IMG/VR virus record: IMGVR_UViG_2690316109_000015
DNA from: a virus
Taxonomy: Duplodnaviria; Heunggongvirae; Uroviricota; Caudoviricetes
Length of the DNA: 20,709 bases
Direction: 5' to 3' (one strand)
In this document: in pieces, positions 1 to 9,859 of the stretch
How the letters are laid out: every line of letters starts with the position of its first letter
How positions within the stretch are numbered: the first letter of the stretch is position 1
Notes under the pieces: model-generated
Database searches by the model: none
What the model was told of the DNA's origin: nothing
The model's input: the letters and a program-made list of their open reading frames with translations, nothing else
Program-made: the position numbers and the translations under genes

Positions 1-16
1 GAAGTCGCTGTCGTTC

Positions 17-490
17 TCAAAATCGGTGGAGCTGCATGACAAAGTCATCGGGCATTATCTGAACATAAAACACTATCAATAAGTTGGAGTCATTACCCGT
101 GCCTTGTTCCAGAATCCGCACTTTAATATTGGGATACAGCTCATTAAATTTACCGATTGCCAGCGGTAAAAAATAAAATACTGCGGTCGGAATACACGCT
201 AACGTCACCATACCACGATGATAAGCATTCATATCACGAATATTAAAAAGCGTTTCATCGAATTTCTTTATTAATTCCCGCGCCTCCGGGAGCAACCTTT
301 TTCCTGCTTTTGTTAACGTAACCTTGCGAGTTGTACGCTCAAATAGTTGAATATGTAAATCTTCCTCCATCTTTTTTATTCTTCGCGTTAATGCAGGTTG
401 CGTAATATTGAGTAATTTAGCGGCATTGTTAAATGAACTGGACTCTGCCAGTATGACAAATGCCTTCATACTTGATAATTCATGCTTCAT
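17..490 (-). CDS. ybhD: LysR-family transcriptional regulator, truncated: HTH domain plus start of effector-binding domain only (about 157 aa from ATG at 490)
   Basis: N-terminal HTH typical of LysR family (FNNAAKLLNITQPALTRRIKKMEEDL); frame closes with TGA at 17-19 and both other frames also hit stops within about 20 codons, so no full-length (about 300 aa) LysR protein is encoded. Track ORF starts at an upstream TTG (553); the ATG at 488-490 (MKHELSS) is preferred. Confidence 0.55.
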   Translation of the reverse strand: MKHELSSMKAFVILAESSSFNNAAKLLNITQPALTRRIKKMEEDLHIQLFERTTRKVTLTKAGKRLLPEARELIKKFDETLFNIRDMNAYHRGMVTLACIPTAVFYFLPLAIGKFNELYPNIKVRILEQGTGNDSNLLIVFYVQIMPDDFVMQLHRF

Positions 491-673
491 TATTACTCCG
501 GAAAATGGAAGCGACGATTTTGGGTGGCTGGTCGTTAAAAATTTTAACTGCATTTAGCCAACTTAAATTAATGAAAAAATGTTATTAATCGTTGAGCTAA
601 AGTCATTAGAGATGCTTTGTCCTTAATGTAACCATATCGCAATAAGTTATGTTTTTAAATTGAGGGCATTATT

Positions 674-1726
674 ATGAAAAAAATACCCTGCGTGATGATG
701 CGAGGTGGAACCTCGAGGGGCGCGTTCTTGTTAGCGGAACATTTACCCGAAGATCAAACGCAGCGCGATAAAATATTGATGGCAATTATGGGTTCCGGTA
801 ACGATCTGGAAATTGACGGTATTGGCGGCGGTAATCCGCTGACCAGTAAAGTCGCCATTATTAGCCGTTCCAGCGATCCGCGTGCTGATGTCGATTATCT
901 GTTTGCTCAAGTTATTGTCCATGAGCAACGTGTCGATACCACGCCTAATTGTGGCAATATGCTGTCTGGTGTTGGGGCATTCGCCATTGAAAATGGTTTG
1001 ATTGCAGCGACTTCACCAGTTACCCGCGTACGTATCCGCAACGTCAATACTGGTACGTTCATCGAAGCTGATGTGCAAACGCCAAATGGTGTTGTCGAGT
1101 ACGAGGGTAGCGCCAGAATTGACGGCGTACCGGGTACTGCCGCACCGGTTGCGCTCACTTTCCTGAATGCCGCCGGAACCAAAACCGGAAAAGTCTTCCC
1201 GACTGATAATCAGATTGATTATTTTGACGATGTCCCGGTGACCTGTATCGATATGGCGATGCCAGTCGTCATTATTCCGGCTGAATATCTGGGAAAAACA
1301 GGTTATGAATTACCGGCGGAACTGGATGCCGACAAAGCATTATTAGCACGCATTGAATCTATCCGTCTACAAGCGGGTAAAGCAATGGGCTTAGGTGATG
1401 TCAGTAATATGGTTATCCCTAAACCTGTGCTTATTTCTCCAGCGCAGAAAGGCGGGGCAATTAATGTACGTTATTTTATGCCGCATTCTTGCCATCGCGC
1501 GCTGGCGATAACCGGTGCTATTGCTATTTCCAGTAGTTGTGCATTGGAAGGCACCGTCACCCGACAAATCGTCCCTTCTGTAGGATACGGCAATATCAAT
1601 ATTGAACACCCCAGTGGTGCGCTCGACGTTCATTTAAGTAATGAAGGTCAGGATGCCACGACGTTACGCGCATCTGTTATTCGGACGACCAGAAAAATAT
1701 TTTCCGGTGAAGTTTATCTTCCCTGA
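674..1726 (+). CDS. ybhH: PrpF/AcnD-accessory family putative isomerase (350 aa)
   Basis: 350-aa ORF, ATG preceded by GAGGG at 7 nt; length and sequence match my recollection of E. coli YbhH; genomic context ybhD-ybhH-ybhI-ybhJ. Confidence 0.8.
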   Translation: MKKIPCVMMRGGTSRGAFLLAEHLPEDQTQRDKILMAIMGSGNDLEIDGIGGGNPLTSKVAIISRSSDPRADVDYLFAQVIVHEQRVDTTPNCGNMLSGVGAFAIENGLIAATSPVTRVRIRNVNTGTFIEADVQTPNGVVEYEGSARIDGVPGTAAPVALTFLNAAGTKTGKVFPTDNQIDYFDDVPVTCIDMAMPVVIIPAEYLGKTGYELPAELDADKALLARIESIRLQAGKAMGLGDVSNMVIPKPVLISPAQKGGAINVRYFMPHSCHRALAITGAIAISSSCALEGTVTRQIVPSVGYGNINIEHPSGALDVHLSNEGQDATTLRASVIRTTRKIFSGEVYLP

Positions 1727-1801
1727 AAAAATTCGTTGTCAGGATAAGGACAATCAATAAAGGACTTCTGTATGAGTCATACAGAAAGAACAGGATTTTA
1801 A

Positions 1802-3235
1802 ATGAATAAGAAATCGTTATGGAAGCTAATTCTGATATTAGCGATCCCATGTATTATTGGTTTTATGCCAGCTCCGGCAGGATTAAGCGAACTGGCGTGG
1901 GTGCTTTTTGGTATTTACCTGGCGGCCATTGTGGGTCTGGTTATCAAGCCTTTCCCGGAACCTGTCGTACTGTTAATTGCCGTTGCTGCCTCAATGGTGG
2001 TGGTCGGTAACTTATCCGACGGTGCGTTTAAGACCACCGCCGTATTAAGCGGTTACTCTTCAGGTACTACCTGGCTGGTGTTCTCGGCGTTTACCTTAAG
2101 CGCCGCATTTGTGACCACCGGTTTAGGTAAACGTATTGCCTATCTGCTGATTGGTAAAATCGGTAACACCACGCTGGGTCTGGGTTACGTTACGGTATTC
2201 CTCGATCTGGTACTGGCTCCGGCAACACCGTCTAACACCGCGCGTGCGGGCGGCATTGTGTTACCGATCATCAACAGCGTGGCGGTGGCTTTGGGGTCCG
2301 AACCGGAAAAAAGTCCGCGTCGTGTCGGACATTACCTGATGATGTCCATTTACATGGTCACCAAAACCACCAGCTATATGTTCTTTACCGCAATGGCGGG
2401 GAACATTCTGGCGCTGAAAATGATCAACGACATTCTGCACCTGCAAATTAGCTGGGGTGGATGGGCGCTGGCCGCCGGATTGCCGGGCATCATTATGCTG
2501 CTGGTCACCCCGCTGGTAATTTACACCATGTATCCACCAGAAATTAAAAAGGTGGATAACAAAACCATCGCTAAAGCGGGCCTTGCCGAACTGGGACCGA
2601 TGAAAATCCGCGAAAAAATGCTGCTCGGTGTCTTTGTGCTGGCGCTACTGGGCTGGATTTTCAGTAAGTCTCTGGGGGTTGATGAATCCACTGTGGCAAT
2701 CGTTGTTATGGCGACCATGCTGCTGCTGGGTATCGTTACCTGGGAAGACGTGGTTAAAAATAAAGGCGGCTGGAATACCTTAATCTGGTACGGCGGTATT
2801 ATCGGATTAAGCTCCTTATTATCGAAAGTTAAATTCTTCGAATGGTTAGCTGAAGTCTTTAAAAATAACCTGGCATTTGATGGTCACGGTAACGCTGCTT
2901 TCTTCGTTATTATTTTCCTCAGCATTATCGTGCGTTATTTCTTCGCTTCCGGTAGTGCCTATATCGTTGCTATGTTACCGGTATTTGCCATGCTGGCGAA
3001 CGTCTCCGGCGCACCGTTAATGTTAACCGCGCTGGCACTGTTGTTCTCCAACTCCTATGGCGGCATGGTTACTCACTATGGCGGCGCGGCAGGTCCGGTC
3101 ATCTTTGGCGTGGGTTATAACGATATTAAATCCTGGTGGTTGGTCGGTGCGGTACTGACGATATTAACCTTCCTGGTGCATATCACCCTCGGCGTGTGGT
3201 GGTGGAATATGCTGATCGGCTGGAACATGCTGTAA
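1802..3235 (+). CDS. ybhI: DASS-family (divalent anion:Na+ symporter-like) inner membrane transporter (477 aa)
   Basis: 477-aa ORF, strongly hydrophobic with many predicted TM segments and Gly/Ala-rich helices; matches recollection of YbhI; AGGA upstream of ATG. Confidence 0.8.
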   Translation: MNKKSLWKLILILAIPCIIGFMPAPAGLSELAWVLFGIYLAAIVGLVIKPFPEPVVLLIAVAASMVVVGNLSDGAFKTTAVLSGYSSGTTWLVFSAFTLSAAFVTTGLGKRIAYLLIGKIGNTTLGLGYVTVFLDLVLAPATPSNTARAGGIVLPIINSVAVALGSEPEKSPRRVGHYLMMSIYMVTKTTSYMFFTAMAGNILALKMINDILHLQISWGGWALAAGLPGIIMLLVTPLVIYTMYPPEIKKVDNKTIAKAGLAELGPMKIREKMLLGVFVLALLGWIFSKSLGVDESTVAIVVMATMLLLGIVTWEDVVKNKGGWNTLIWYGGIIGLSSLLSKVKFFEWLAEVFKNNLAFDGHGNAAFFVIIFLSIIVRYFFASGSAYIVAMLPVFAMLANVSGAPLMLTALALLFSNSYGGMVTHYGGAAGPVIFGVGYNDIKSWWLVGAVLTILTFLVHITLGVWWWNMLIGWNML

Positions 3236-3249
3236 ATATTCTCGTCATA

Positions 3250-3346
3250 CTTCAAGTTGCATGTGCTGCGTCTGCGTTCGCTCACCCCAGTCACTTACTT
3301 ATGTAAGCTCCTGGGGATTCACTCGCTTGTCGCCTTCCTGCAACTC
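3250..3346. repeat. ERIC/IRU-like enterobacterial repetitive intergenic element
   Basis: Contains cgctcaccccagtcacttacttatgtaagctcctggggattcac, the reverse complement of the ERIC core as I recall it (AAGTAAGTGACTGGGGTGAGCG), flanked by inverted gttgca/tgcaac ends. Confidence 0.6.
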
Positions 3347-3417
3347 AAATTATTTAGAGTATATCCATTTATTATCTTTCTGCGCACTTCACGGTGCGCA
3401 GATATCTGGAGCATTTG

Positions 3418-5679
3418 ATGATCAAGTTATCTGACAAAGGCGTGTTTCTCGCCAGTAATAACGAAATAATTGCTGAAGAACATTTCACCGGCGAAATTAA
3501 AAAAGAAGAAGCCAAAAAAGGCACTATTGCCTGGTCTATTCTCTCTTCGCATAATACGTCCGGAAATATGGATAAACTTAAAATTAAGTTTGATTCATTA
3601 GCCTCTCACGATATTACCTTTGTTGGTATTGTACAGACCGCTAAAGCGTCCGGTATGGAACGTTTCCCGCTGCCGTATGTGCTGACCAACTGCCATAACT
3701 CACTCTGCGCCGTCGGCGGCACCATTAACGGTGATGACCATGTTTTTGGTTTATCGGCAGCTCAGCGTTATGGCGGTATTTTTGTGCCTCCGCATATTGC
3801 GGTCATCCATCAATATATGCGTGAGATGATGGCAGGCGGCGGCAAAATGATCCTCGGGTCAGACAGCCACACCCGTTACGGTGCATTAGGGACAATGGCA
3901 GTCGGTGAGGGCGGTGGTGAGTTGGTAAAACAGCTGCTTAATGACACCTGGGATATCGACTATCCGGGAGTTGTTGCGGTGCATCTGACCGGAAAACCAG
4001 CGCCGTATGTGGGGCCGCAGGATGTGGCGCTGGCTATCATTGGCGCGGTGTTCAAAAACGGTTACGTCAAAAACAAAGTCATGGAGTTCGTTGGACCGGG
4101 CGTTAGCGCGCTCTCTACCGATTTCCGTAACAGCGTTGACGTGATGACCACGGAAACCACCTGTTTAAGCTCCGTCTGGCAAACTGATGAAGAAGTGCAT
4201 AACTGGCTGGCGCTGCACGGTCGCGGCCAGGATTACTGCCAGCTTAACCCTCAACCGATGGCGTACTACGATGGCTGCATCAGCGTTGATTTAAGCGCCA
4301 TCAAACCAATGATTGCGCTGCCGTTCCACCCGAGCAACGTGTATGAAATCGACACACTGAACCAGAACCTGACCGACATTCTGCGTGAGATTGAAATTGA
4401 GTCCGAACGCGTGGCGCACGGTAAAGCCAAACTCTCGCTGCTGGATAAAGTGGAAAATGGTCGCCTGAAAGTGCAGCAGGGGATTATCGCGGGCTGTTCT
4501 GGCGGTAACTACGAAAACGTCATCGCGGCGGCGAATGCACTGCGCGGTCAATCCTGTGGCAATGACACCTTCTCGCTGGCAGTTTACCCGTCATCACAGC
4601 CGGTGTTTATGGATCTCGCCAAAAAAGGTGTGGTAGCAGATTTGATTGGCGCAGGCGCAATCATCAGAACCGCGTTCTGCGGCCCATGCTTTGGCGCGGG
4701 CGATACGCCAATCAACAACGGTTTGAGTATTCGCCACACCACGCGTAACTTCCCGAACCGCGAAGGCTCTAAGCCAGCTAATGGGCAGATGTCAGCGGTG
4801 GCGTTGATGGACGCTCGTTCTATCGCTGCGACTGCGGCAAACGGTGGCTATTTAACCTCTGCCAGCGAACTTGATTGCTGGGACAACGTGCCGGAGTACG
4901 CCTTCGATGTAACGCCGTATAAAAACCGTGTTTATCAGGGCTTTGTGAAAGGGGCAACTCAGCAACCGCTGATTTACGGACCGAACATTAAAGACTGGCC
5001 GGAATTGGGTGCGCTGACTGACAATATCGTCCTGAAAGTGTGCTCGAAGATCCTCGACGAAGTGACCACCACCGACGAACTGATTCCTTCCGGTGAAACC
5101 TCTTCTTATCGTTCAAATCCGATTGGTCTGGCGGAGTTTACCCTGTCACGCCGCGATCCCGGTTATGTTGGCAGAAGTAAAGCGACTGCTGAGCTGGAAA
5201 ATCAGCGTCTGGCGGGGAATGTCAGCGAGCTGACAGAGGTGTTTGCGCGCATTAAGCAGATTGCTGGTCAGGAGCATATTGATCCGCTGCAAACTGAAAT
5301 TGGCAGCATGGTATATGCGGTGAAACCAGGCGATGGTTCTGCGCGTGAACAGGCGGCGAGCTGCCAGCGTGTGATTGGCGGTCTGGCGAATATTGCCGAA
5401 GAGTACGCGACTAAACGCTACCGTTCTAACGTCATCAACTGGGGGATGTTACCGCTGCAGATGGCGGAAGTGCCAACCTTTGAAGTGGGGGATTACATTT
5501 ACATCCCTGGCATTAAAGCGGCGCTGGATAATCCGGGTACGACGTTTAAAGGTTATGTGATCCATGAAGATGCGCCGGTAACGGAAATTACGCTCTATAT
5601 GGAAAGTCTGACTGCTGAAGAGCGCGAGATTATCAAGGCGGGTAGTTTGATTAACTTCAATAAAAACCGTCAGATGTAA
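3418..5679 (+). CDS. ybhJ: Aconitase-family protein (putative hydratase/dehydratase), 753 aa from ATG at 3418
   Basis: Aconitase-type motifs [14 protein letters not shown] and [10 protein letters not shown] (Cys ligands); the track ORF begins at GTG 3394, but ATG 3418 has GGAG at 6-nt spacing and gives 753 aa. Confidence 0.8.
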   Translation: MIKLSDKGVFLASNNEIIAEEHFTGEIKKEEAKKGTIAWSILSSHNTSGNMDKLKIKFDSLASHDITFVGIVQTAKASGMERFPLPYVLTNCHNSLCAVGGTINGDDHVFGLSAAQRYGGIFVPPHIAVIHQYMREMMAGGGKMILGSDSHTRYGALGTMAVGEGGGELVKQLLNDTWDIDYPGVVAVHLTGKPAPYVGPQDVALAIIGAVFKNGYVKNKVMEFVGPGVSALSTDFRNSVDVMTTETTCLSSVWQTDEEVHNWLALHGRGQDYCQLNPQPMAYYDGCISVDLSAIKPMIALPFHPSNVYEIDTLNQNLTDILREIEIESERVAHGKAKLSLLDKVENGRLKVQQGIIAGCSGGNYENVIAAANALRGQSCGNDTFSLAVYPSSQPVFMDLAKKGVVADLIGAGAIIRTAFCGPCFGAGDTPINNGLSIRHTTRNFPNREGSKPANGQMSAVALMDARSIAATAANGGYLTSASELDCWDNVPEYAFDVTPYKNRVYQGFVKGATQQPLIYGPNIKDWPELGALTDNIVLKVCSKILDEVTTTDELIPSGETSSYRSNPIGLAEFTLSRRDPGYVGRSKATAELENQRLAGNVSELTEVFARIKQIAGQEHIDPLQTEIGSMVYAVKPGDGSAREQAASCQRVIGGLANIAEEYATKRYRSNVINWGMLPLQMAEVPTFEVGDYIYIPGIKAALDNPGTTFKGYVIHEDAPVTEITLYMESLTAEEREIIKAGSLINFNKNRQM

Positions 5680-5695
5680 AAAGCGCCATGTGAAT

Positions 5696-5898
<203 letters not shown>

Positions 5899-5912
5899 AT
5901 AGTTAATTGCTC

Positions 5913-7196
5913 TTACTTCTTCGCCTCTGCAACCACTTTACTACCCACGCCGCGGTTATTGTATTCCCACATGCGGTTGTAGTTAGTGTCATTCAGATTG
6001 CGCTGTATTTCGTCGTTATCATCTACGCTGCCGGTATTACCCGCAAACGGACGATTAGAGATCACCGCATCGGCCCACGGTTTAGCCGTGTTAAAACCTT
6101 CGTTGATGGCGCTATCACGGATCACCACCTGACCGTTGGTATTGGCATCAACATCCAGCGAGCGGCCCAGTTGCGCCACGCCATCACCGGAAGCATTGAA
6201 ACGGCTGTTTACAGCGAGGAAACCGTAGTAAATGTTGGACAGCGTTGCCGGTGCAAACACATACGCTTCTTGCTGAGTACGTGAGTTCACCACGCGGAAT
6301 TCGGTGTTATCGAACACCACTGCGCCGCGACCAGAAACGATATCCACATCCCCTTCAATGTAGCTGTTGGTCACCAGCGTACGCGGCTGACGATTCGTTT
6401 CCAGACGGTTCTGCACACCGCTGTTGGTGACAAAGAAGGTGTTCTGACGACCGAGAATGTTCACGTTGTTAATCTGTACCTGGTCACCATCAGTACGCAG
6501 TGCCACCGCCGGATGGTTACCCGCATCTACGCTATCGCCCAGCGTGTTTTCGATGGTCAGGTTTTGCAGTTGCAGGCCATTGTTTTGTGACCAGAAGACC
6601 GCTGAACAGAGAACACCGATACTGTTGCTGCGTTTGCTCTGGCAGCTATCGTACATATACCACGCTGGTTTACCTGGCATATATTTGCCGCGCGGGTTGA
6701 CGTCGTGACGCCAGTCGGCAGGGCTCATGCCCCCATCAAGGGAAAGCCCAATCTTCACATCAATCGGTTTTTCACCTGTACCGTACAGAGTAATTCCACC
6801 CGGAGCGGCAGGAACATATACCGTTCCCTGATACTCACCTGGCATCACGGCAATATACTGGCGCTTGTTGGTACGCTTGATAATTGCCGCATCTACCGCC
6901 GCCTGAATCGTGGTATGCGTTACACCTTGAGTACCCGCCGGGCCGACAACAAAGTCAGGTTGCGCAGGCAGGGTAATCGGGGAAGGATTCCACGCTGCAG
7001 CACCTGGTGTCAGGGATGCAAAATAGTGTTGAGCATCGAAATTCTGCGCTTCTTTTGCCGACAGAATCGGGCGAGAAGAGGTACCAGGCGCGGTTTGATC
7101 AGAAGGACGTTGATCGGGTGGTGTTGAGCTACAGGCGGTCAGCGTCACGCCAAAAGCCAATGCCAGCGCCAGACGGGAAACTGAAAATGTGTTCAC
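5913..7196 (-). CDS. ybhC: Outer-membrane lipoprotein, pectinesterase-like / acyl-CoA thioesterase family (427 aa)
   Basis: GTG start with GGAG at 6 nt; signal peptide with lipobox LTAC|SS; gene immediately precedes the lambda attB position as in E. coli. Confidence 0.8.
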   Translation of the reverse strand: MNTFSVSRLALALAFGVTLTACSSTPPDQRPSDQTAPGTSSRPILSAKEAQNFDAQHYFASLTPGAAAWNPSPITLPAQPDFVVGPAGTQGVTHTTIQAAVDAAIIKRTNKRQYIAVMPGEYQGTVYVPAAPGGITLYGTGEKPIDVKIGLSLDGGMSPADWRHDVNPRGKYMPGKPAWYMYDSCQSKRSNSIGVLCSAVFWSQNNGLQLQNLTIENTLGDSVDAGNHPAVALRTDGDQVQINNVNILGRQNTFFVTNSGVQNRLETNRQPRTLVTNSYIEGDVDIVSGRGAVVFDNTEFRVVNSRTQQEAYVFAPATLSNIYYGFLAVNSRFNASGDGVAQLGRSLDVDANTNGQVVIRDSAINEGFNTAKPWADAVISNRPFAGNTGSVDDNDEIQRNLNDTNYNRMWEYNNRGVGSKVVAEAKK

Positions 7197-7229
7197 AGGT
7201 TGCTCCGGGCTATGAAATAGAAAAATGAA

Positions 7230-7330
7230 TCCGTTGAAGCCTGCTTTTTTATACTAAGTTGGCATTATAAAAAAGCATTGCTTATCAATTTGTTGCAACG
7301 AACAGGTCACTATCAGTCAAAATAAAATCA
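7230..7330. other. attL junction: host B arm, 15-bp lambda core (7243-7257) and P' arm with Int arm-type sites
   Basis: Exact core GCTTTTTTATACTAA at 7243-7257, followed by gttggcattataaaaaagcattgcttatcaatttgttgcaacgaacaggtcactatcagtcaaaataaaatcatt (lambda P' arm as I recall it); int starts right after. Confidence 0.9.
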
Positions 7331-8401
7331 TTATTTGATTTCAATTTTGTCCCACTCCCTGCCTCTGTCATCACGATACTGTGATGCCATGGTGTCCGAC
7401 TTATGCCCGAGAAGATGTTGAGCAAATTTATCGCTTATCTGCTTCTCATAGAGTCTTGCAGACAAACTGCGCAACTCGTGAAAGGTTGGCGGATCCCCTT
7501 CGAAGGAGAGACCTGATGCTTTTCGTGCGCGCATAAAATACCTTGATACTGTGCCGGATGAAAGCGGTTCACGACGAGTAGATGCAATTATGGTTTCTCC
7601 GCCAAGAATCTTTTTGCATTTATCAAGTGTTTCCTTCATTGATATCCCGAGAGCATCAACATGCAATGTTGTTGGGATGGCAATTTTTACGCCTGTTTTG
7701 CTTTGCTCGACATAAAGATATCCATCTACGATATCAGACCACTTCATTTCGCATAAATCACCAACTCGCTGCCCGGTAACAACAGCCAGTTCCATTGCAA
7801 GTCTGAGCCAACATGGTGATGATTCTGCTGCTTGATAAATTTTCAGGTATTCGTCAGCCGTAAGTCTTGATCTCCTTACCTCTGATTTTGCAGCGCGAGT
7901 GGCTGCGACCGGGTTTGTTGTTATATGGCCTTCAGCTATAGCCTCTCGGAATGCATCGCTCAGTGTTGATCTGATTAACTTGGCTGATGCCGCCTTGCCC
8001 TCGTCTATGTATCCATTGAGCATTGCCGCAATTTCTTTTGTGGTGATGTCTTCAAGTGGAGCATCAGGCAGACCCCTCCTTATTGCTTTAATTTTGCTCA
8101 TGTAATTTATGAGTGTCTTCTGCTTGATTCCTCTGCTGGCCAGGATTTTTTCGTAGCGATCAAGCCATGAATGTAACGTAACGGAATTATCACTGTTGAT
8201 TCTCGCTGTCAGAGGCTTGTGTTTGTGTCCTGAAAATAACTCAATGTTGGCCTGTATGGCTTCAGTGATTGCGATTCGCCTGTCTCTGCCTAATCCAAAC
8301 TCTTTACCCGTCCTTGGGTCCCTGTAGCAGTAATATCCATTGTTTCTTATATAAAGGTTAGGGGGTAAATCCCGGCGCTCATGACTTCGCCTTCTTCCCA
8401 T
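7331..8401 (-). CDS. int: Tyrosine integrase, lambda Int (356 aa)
   Basis: 356 aa; sequence recognised as essentially lambda Int (MGRRRSHERRDLPPNLYIRNNGYYCYRDPRTGKEF... HELRSLSARLYEKQ... LLGHKSD...); adjacent to attL. Confidence 0.95.
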   Translation of the reverse strand: MGRRRSHERRDLPPNLYIRNNGYYCYRDPRTGKEFGLGRDRRIAITEAIQANIELFSGHKHKPLTARINSDNSVTLHSWLDRYEKILASRGIKQKTLINYMSKIKAIRRGLPDAPLEDITTKEIAAMLNGYIDEGKAASAKLIRSTLSDAFREAIAEGHITTNPVAATRAAKSEVRRSRLTADEYLKIYQAAESSPCWLRLAMELAVVTGQRVGDLCEMKWSDIVDGYLYVEQSKTGVKIAIPTTLHVDALGISMKETLDKCKKILGGETIIASTRREPLSSGTVSRYFMRARKASGLSFEGDPPTFHELRSLSARLYEKQISDKFAQHLLGHKSDTMASQYRDDRGREWDKIEIK

Positions 8402-8597
8402 TTCTGATCCTCTTCAAAAGGCTACCTGTTACTGGTCGATTTAAGTCAACCTTTACCGCTGATTCGTGGAACAGATACTCTCTTCCATCCTTAACCGGAG
8501 GAGGGAATATCCTGCACTCGCGTACCCATCGACGAACTGTTTCAAGGCTTCTTGGGCGTCGCTGGCGTGCGTTCCACTCCTGAAGTGTCAAGTACAT
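8379..8597 (-). CDS. xis: Excisionase, lambda Xis (72 aa)
   Basis: 72 aa MYLTLQEWNARQRRPRSLETVRRWVRECRIFPPPVKDGREYLFHESAVKVDLNRP...; overlaps int start as in lambda. Confidence 0.95.
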   Translation of the reverse strand: MYLTLQEWNARQRRPRSLETVRRWVRECRIFPPPVKDGREYLFHESAVKVDLNRPVTGSLLKRIRNGKKAKS

Positions 8598-8621
8598 CGC
8601 AAAGTCTCCGCAATTACACGC

Positions 8622-8644
8622 AAGAAAAAACCGCCATCAGGCGG
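8622..8644 (-). terminator. Putative rho-independent terminator-like hairpin upstream of xis
   Basis: Minus strand reads CCGCC-tgat-GGCGG followed by TTTTTTCTT; the stop codon of the 55-aa ORF lies inside the stem. Confidence 0.35.
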
Positions 8645-8804
8645 CTTGGTGTTCTTTCAGTTCTTCAATTCGAATATTGGTTACGTCTGCATGTGCTATC
8701 TGCGCCCACAGCATCCAGTGGTCATAGCAGTCGCTGATGTTCTCGGCTTCGATAACTCTGTTGAATGGTTCTCCATTCCATTCACCTGTGACTCGGAAGT
8801 GCAT
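8637..8804 (-). CDS. Small hypothetical protein (55 aa) of the lambda b region, immediately upstream of xis
   Basis: ATG at 8804 with GGAG at 7-nt spacing; translates to MHFRVTGEWNGEPFNRVIEAENISDCYDHWMLWAQIAHADVTNIRIEELKEHQAA; below the 61-aa track cutoff, found by manual translation. Confidence 0.5.
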   Translation of the reverse strand: MHFRVTGEWNGEPFNRVIEAENISDCYDHWMLWAQIAHADVTNIRIEELKEHQAA

Positions 8805-9118
8805 TTATCATCTCCATAAAACAAAACCCGCCGTAGCGAGTTCAGATAAAAGAAATCCTCGTCAGTGCGAGGATGCTGTTCATTGCTGCTATACACTTTT
8901 TTGCTCTCAACGTAAGCGGTAGCCCATTCTGTTGGGTTGGTGCAGTTGCTTTTAGGAAATGCTATTTACCCCTTAAATTTCGGCTGAAAGAGCTAAAATC
9001 CATGCAAAAAATTTACGCAATTTTGTGTATTATTGTGCAGTAAGTAATGAGCTATTTTCTGCGCAAAAAATGGATGGTAAATTTGTCCGGGTCAGGAAAA
9101 ATTTTATGGGCGCTAAAC

Positions 9119-9649
9119 ATGAAAAAAGATTCGTATCCTTATTTGATTTGCATGACAGTTTCAGGGCTGATCTTTATTTTCCTTTTCTTCTGGTGGCGGG
9201 CAGATATCTACAGGGTCACGTTTCTTAATCAGAGTATATCCCACTATTACATTCTGTTTAGCATGGGAATAGCTTTTCTGTTATCTCTGTTTTGGGTTAA
9301 GAAGGGGATAGTAAAACAAAGAGGCTGGAAGAGTCTGTCAGCATACCTTAAGGTTTATGCAGGGATGTGCATATTTGCTGGATTTTTTCTGATTATACCC
9401 CTTACGACACTAACTTATTTTTTGCCTGGAGAGACATCGTCTTATGTTGCACCGTATCGGTATACTTCCGGTAGTTCAAAAAGTTGTTCTGGAGCTGAGG
9501 TGGATGACCCCGATCTACATGAGAATATTCGCATTTGCTATCCGTATGGCAATTATGAGTACGATAATATTATCTATGTTGAAAAGAAAATTAATATATT
9601 AGGTGCGGTAGTGACATATGCACAGACCGCGCGTGATGATACTGAATGA
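9119..9649 (+). CDS. Small integral membrane protein (about 176 aa from MKK start; 200 aa if started at ATG 9047), moron-like cargo in b region
   Basis: Three hydrophobic helices (YPYLICMTVSGLIFIFLFFWW; ISHYYILFSMGIAFLLSLFWV; LKVYAGMCIFAGFFLIIPLTTLTYFL) plus a Cys-containing soluble C-terminal tail; AT-rich; opposite orientation to the flanking leftward operon; no strong SD for any candidate start. Confidence 0.5.
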   Translation: MKKDSYPYLICMTVSGLIFIFLFFWWRADIYRVTFLNQSISHYYILFSMGIAFLLSLFWVKKGIVKQRGWKSLSAYLKVYAGMCIFAGFFLIIPLTTLTYFLPGETSSYVAPYRYTSGSSKSCSGAEVDDPDLHENIRICYPYGNYEYDNIIYVEKKINILGAVVTYAQTARDDTE

Positions 9650-9683
9650 TATAGTATATAGCGGGCAAGTTTTAGTTAATTTA

Positions 9684-9721
9684 TCGAGGTAATATAATTT
9701 ACCTCGACTCGTTTGTTCTGG
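9684..9721 (+). terminator. Hairpin (9-bp perfect stem, 6-nt loop) downstream of the membrane-protein ORF
   Basis: tcgaggtaa-tataat-ttacctcga at 9684-9707 followed by ctcgtttgttctgg; lies 35 nt after the stop at 9647-9649. Confidence 0.4.
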
Positions 9722-9859
9722 TATTAATATTTCGCTTTACGACCGATTTTTATCTGATGATATCATGCGGTTTTCATATACTGACTTACTGTCTTTTCTC
9801 CGTTAGCGATTTTCTCCTGCTCAGCGATGATTTTATCTTTGGCTTCTAGTTAATTTCGC

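Noticed and set aside
6245-7228. Several plus-strand ORFs (61-140 aa) overlapping ybhC
   Set aside because: Antisense to a well-supported 427-aa lipoprotein gene; compositionally odd (Arg/Cys-rich) and with no ribosome-binding sites.
7331-8401. Possibility that this is the engineered DE3 prophage (T7 RNA polymerase inserted in int)
   Set aside because: int is intact and uninterrupted at 356 aa, and no lacI/lacUV5/T7 gene 1 sequence is present in the window.
8466-8922. Plus-strand ORFs (117, 61, 61 aa) around xis and the 55-aa gene
   Set aside because: They overlap lambda-type minus-strand genes and a terminator hairpin and have no start signals.
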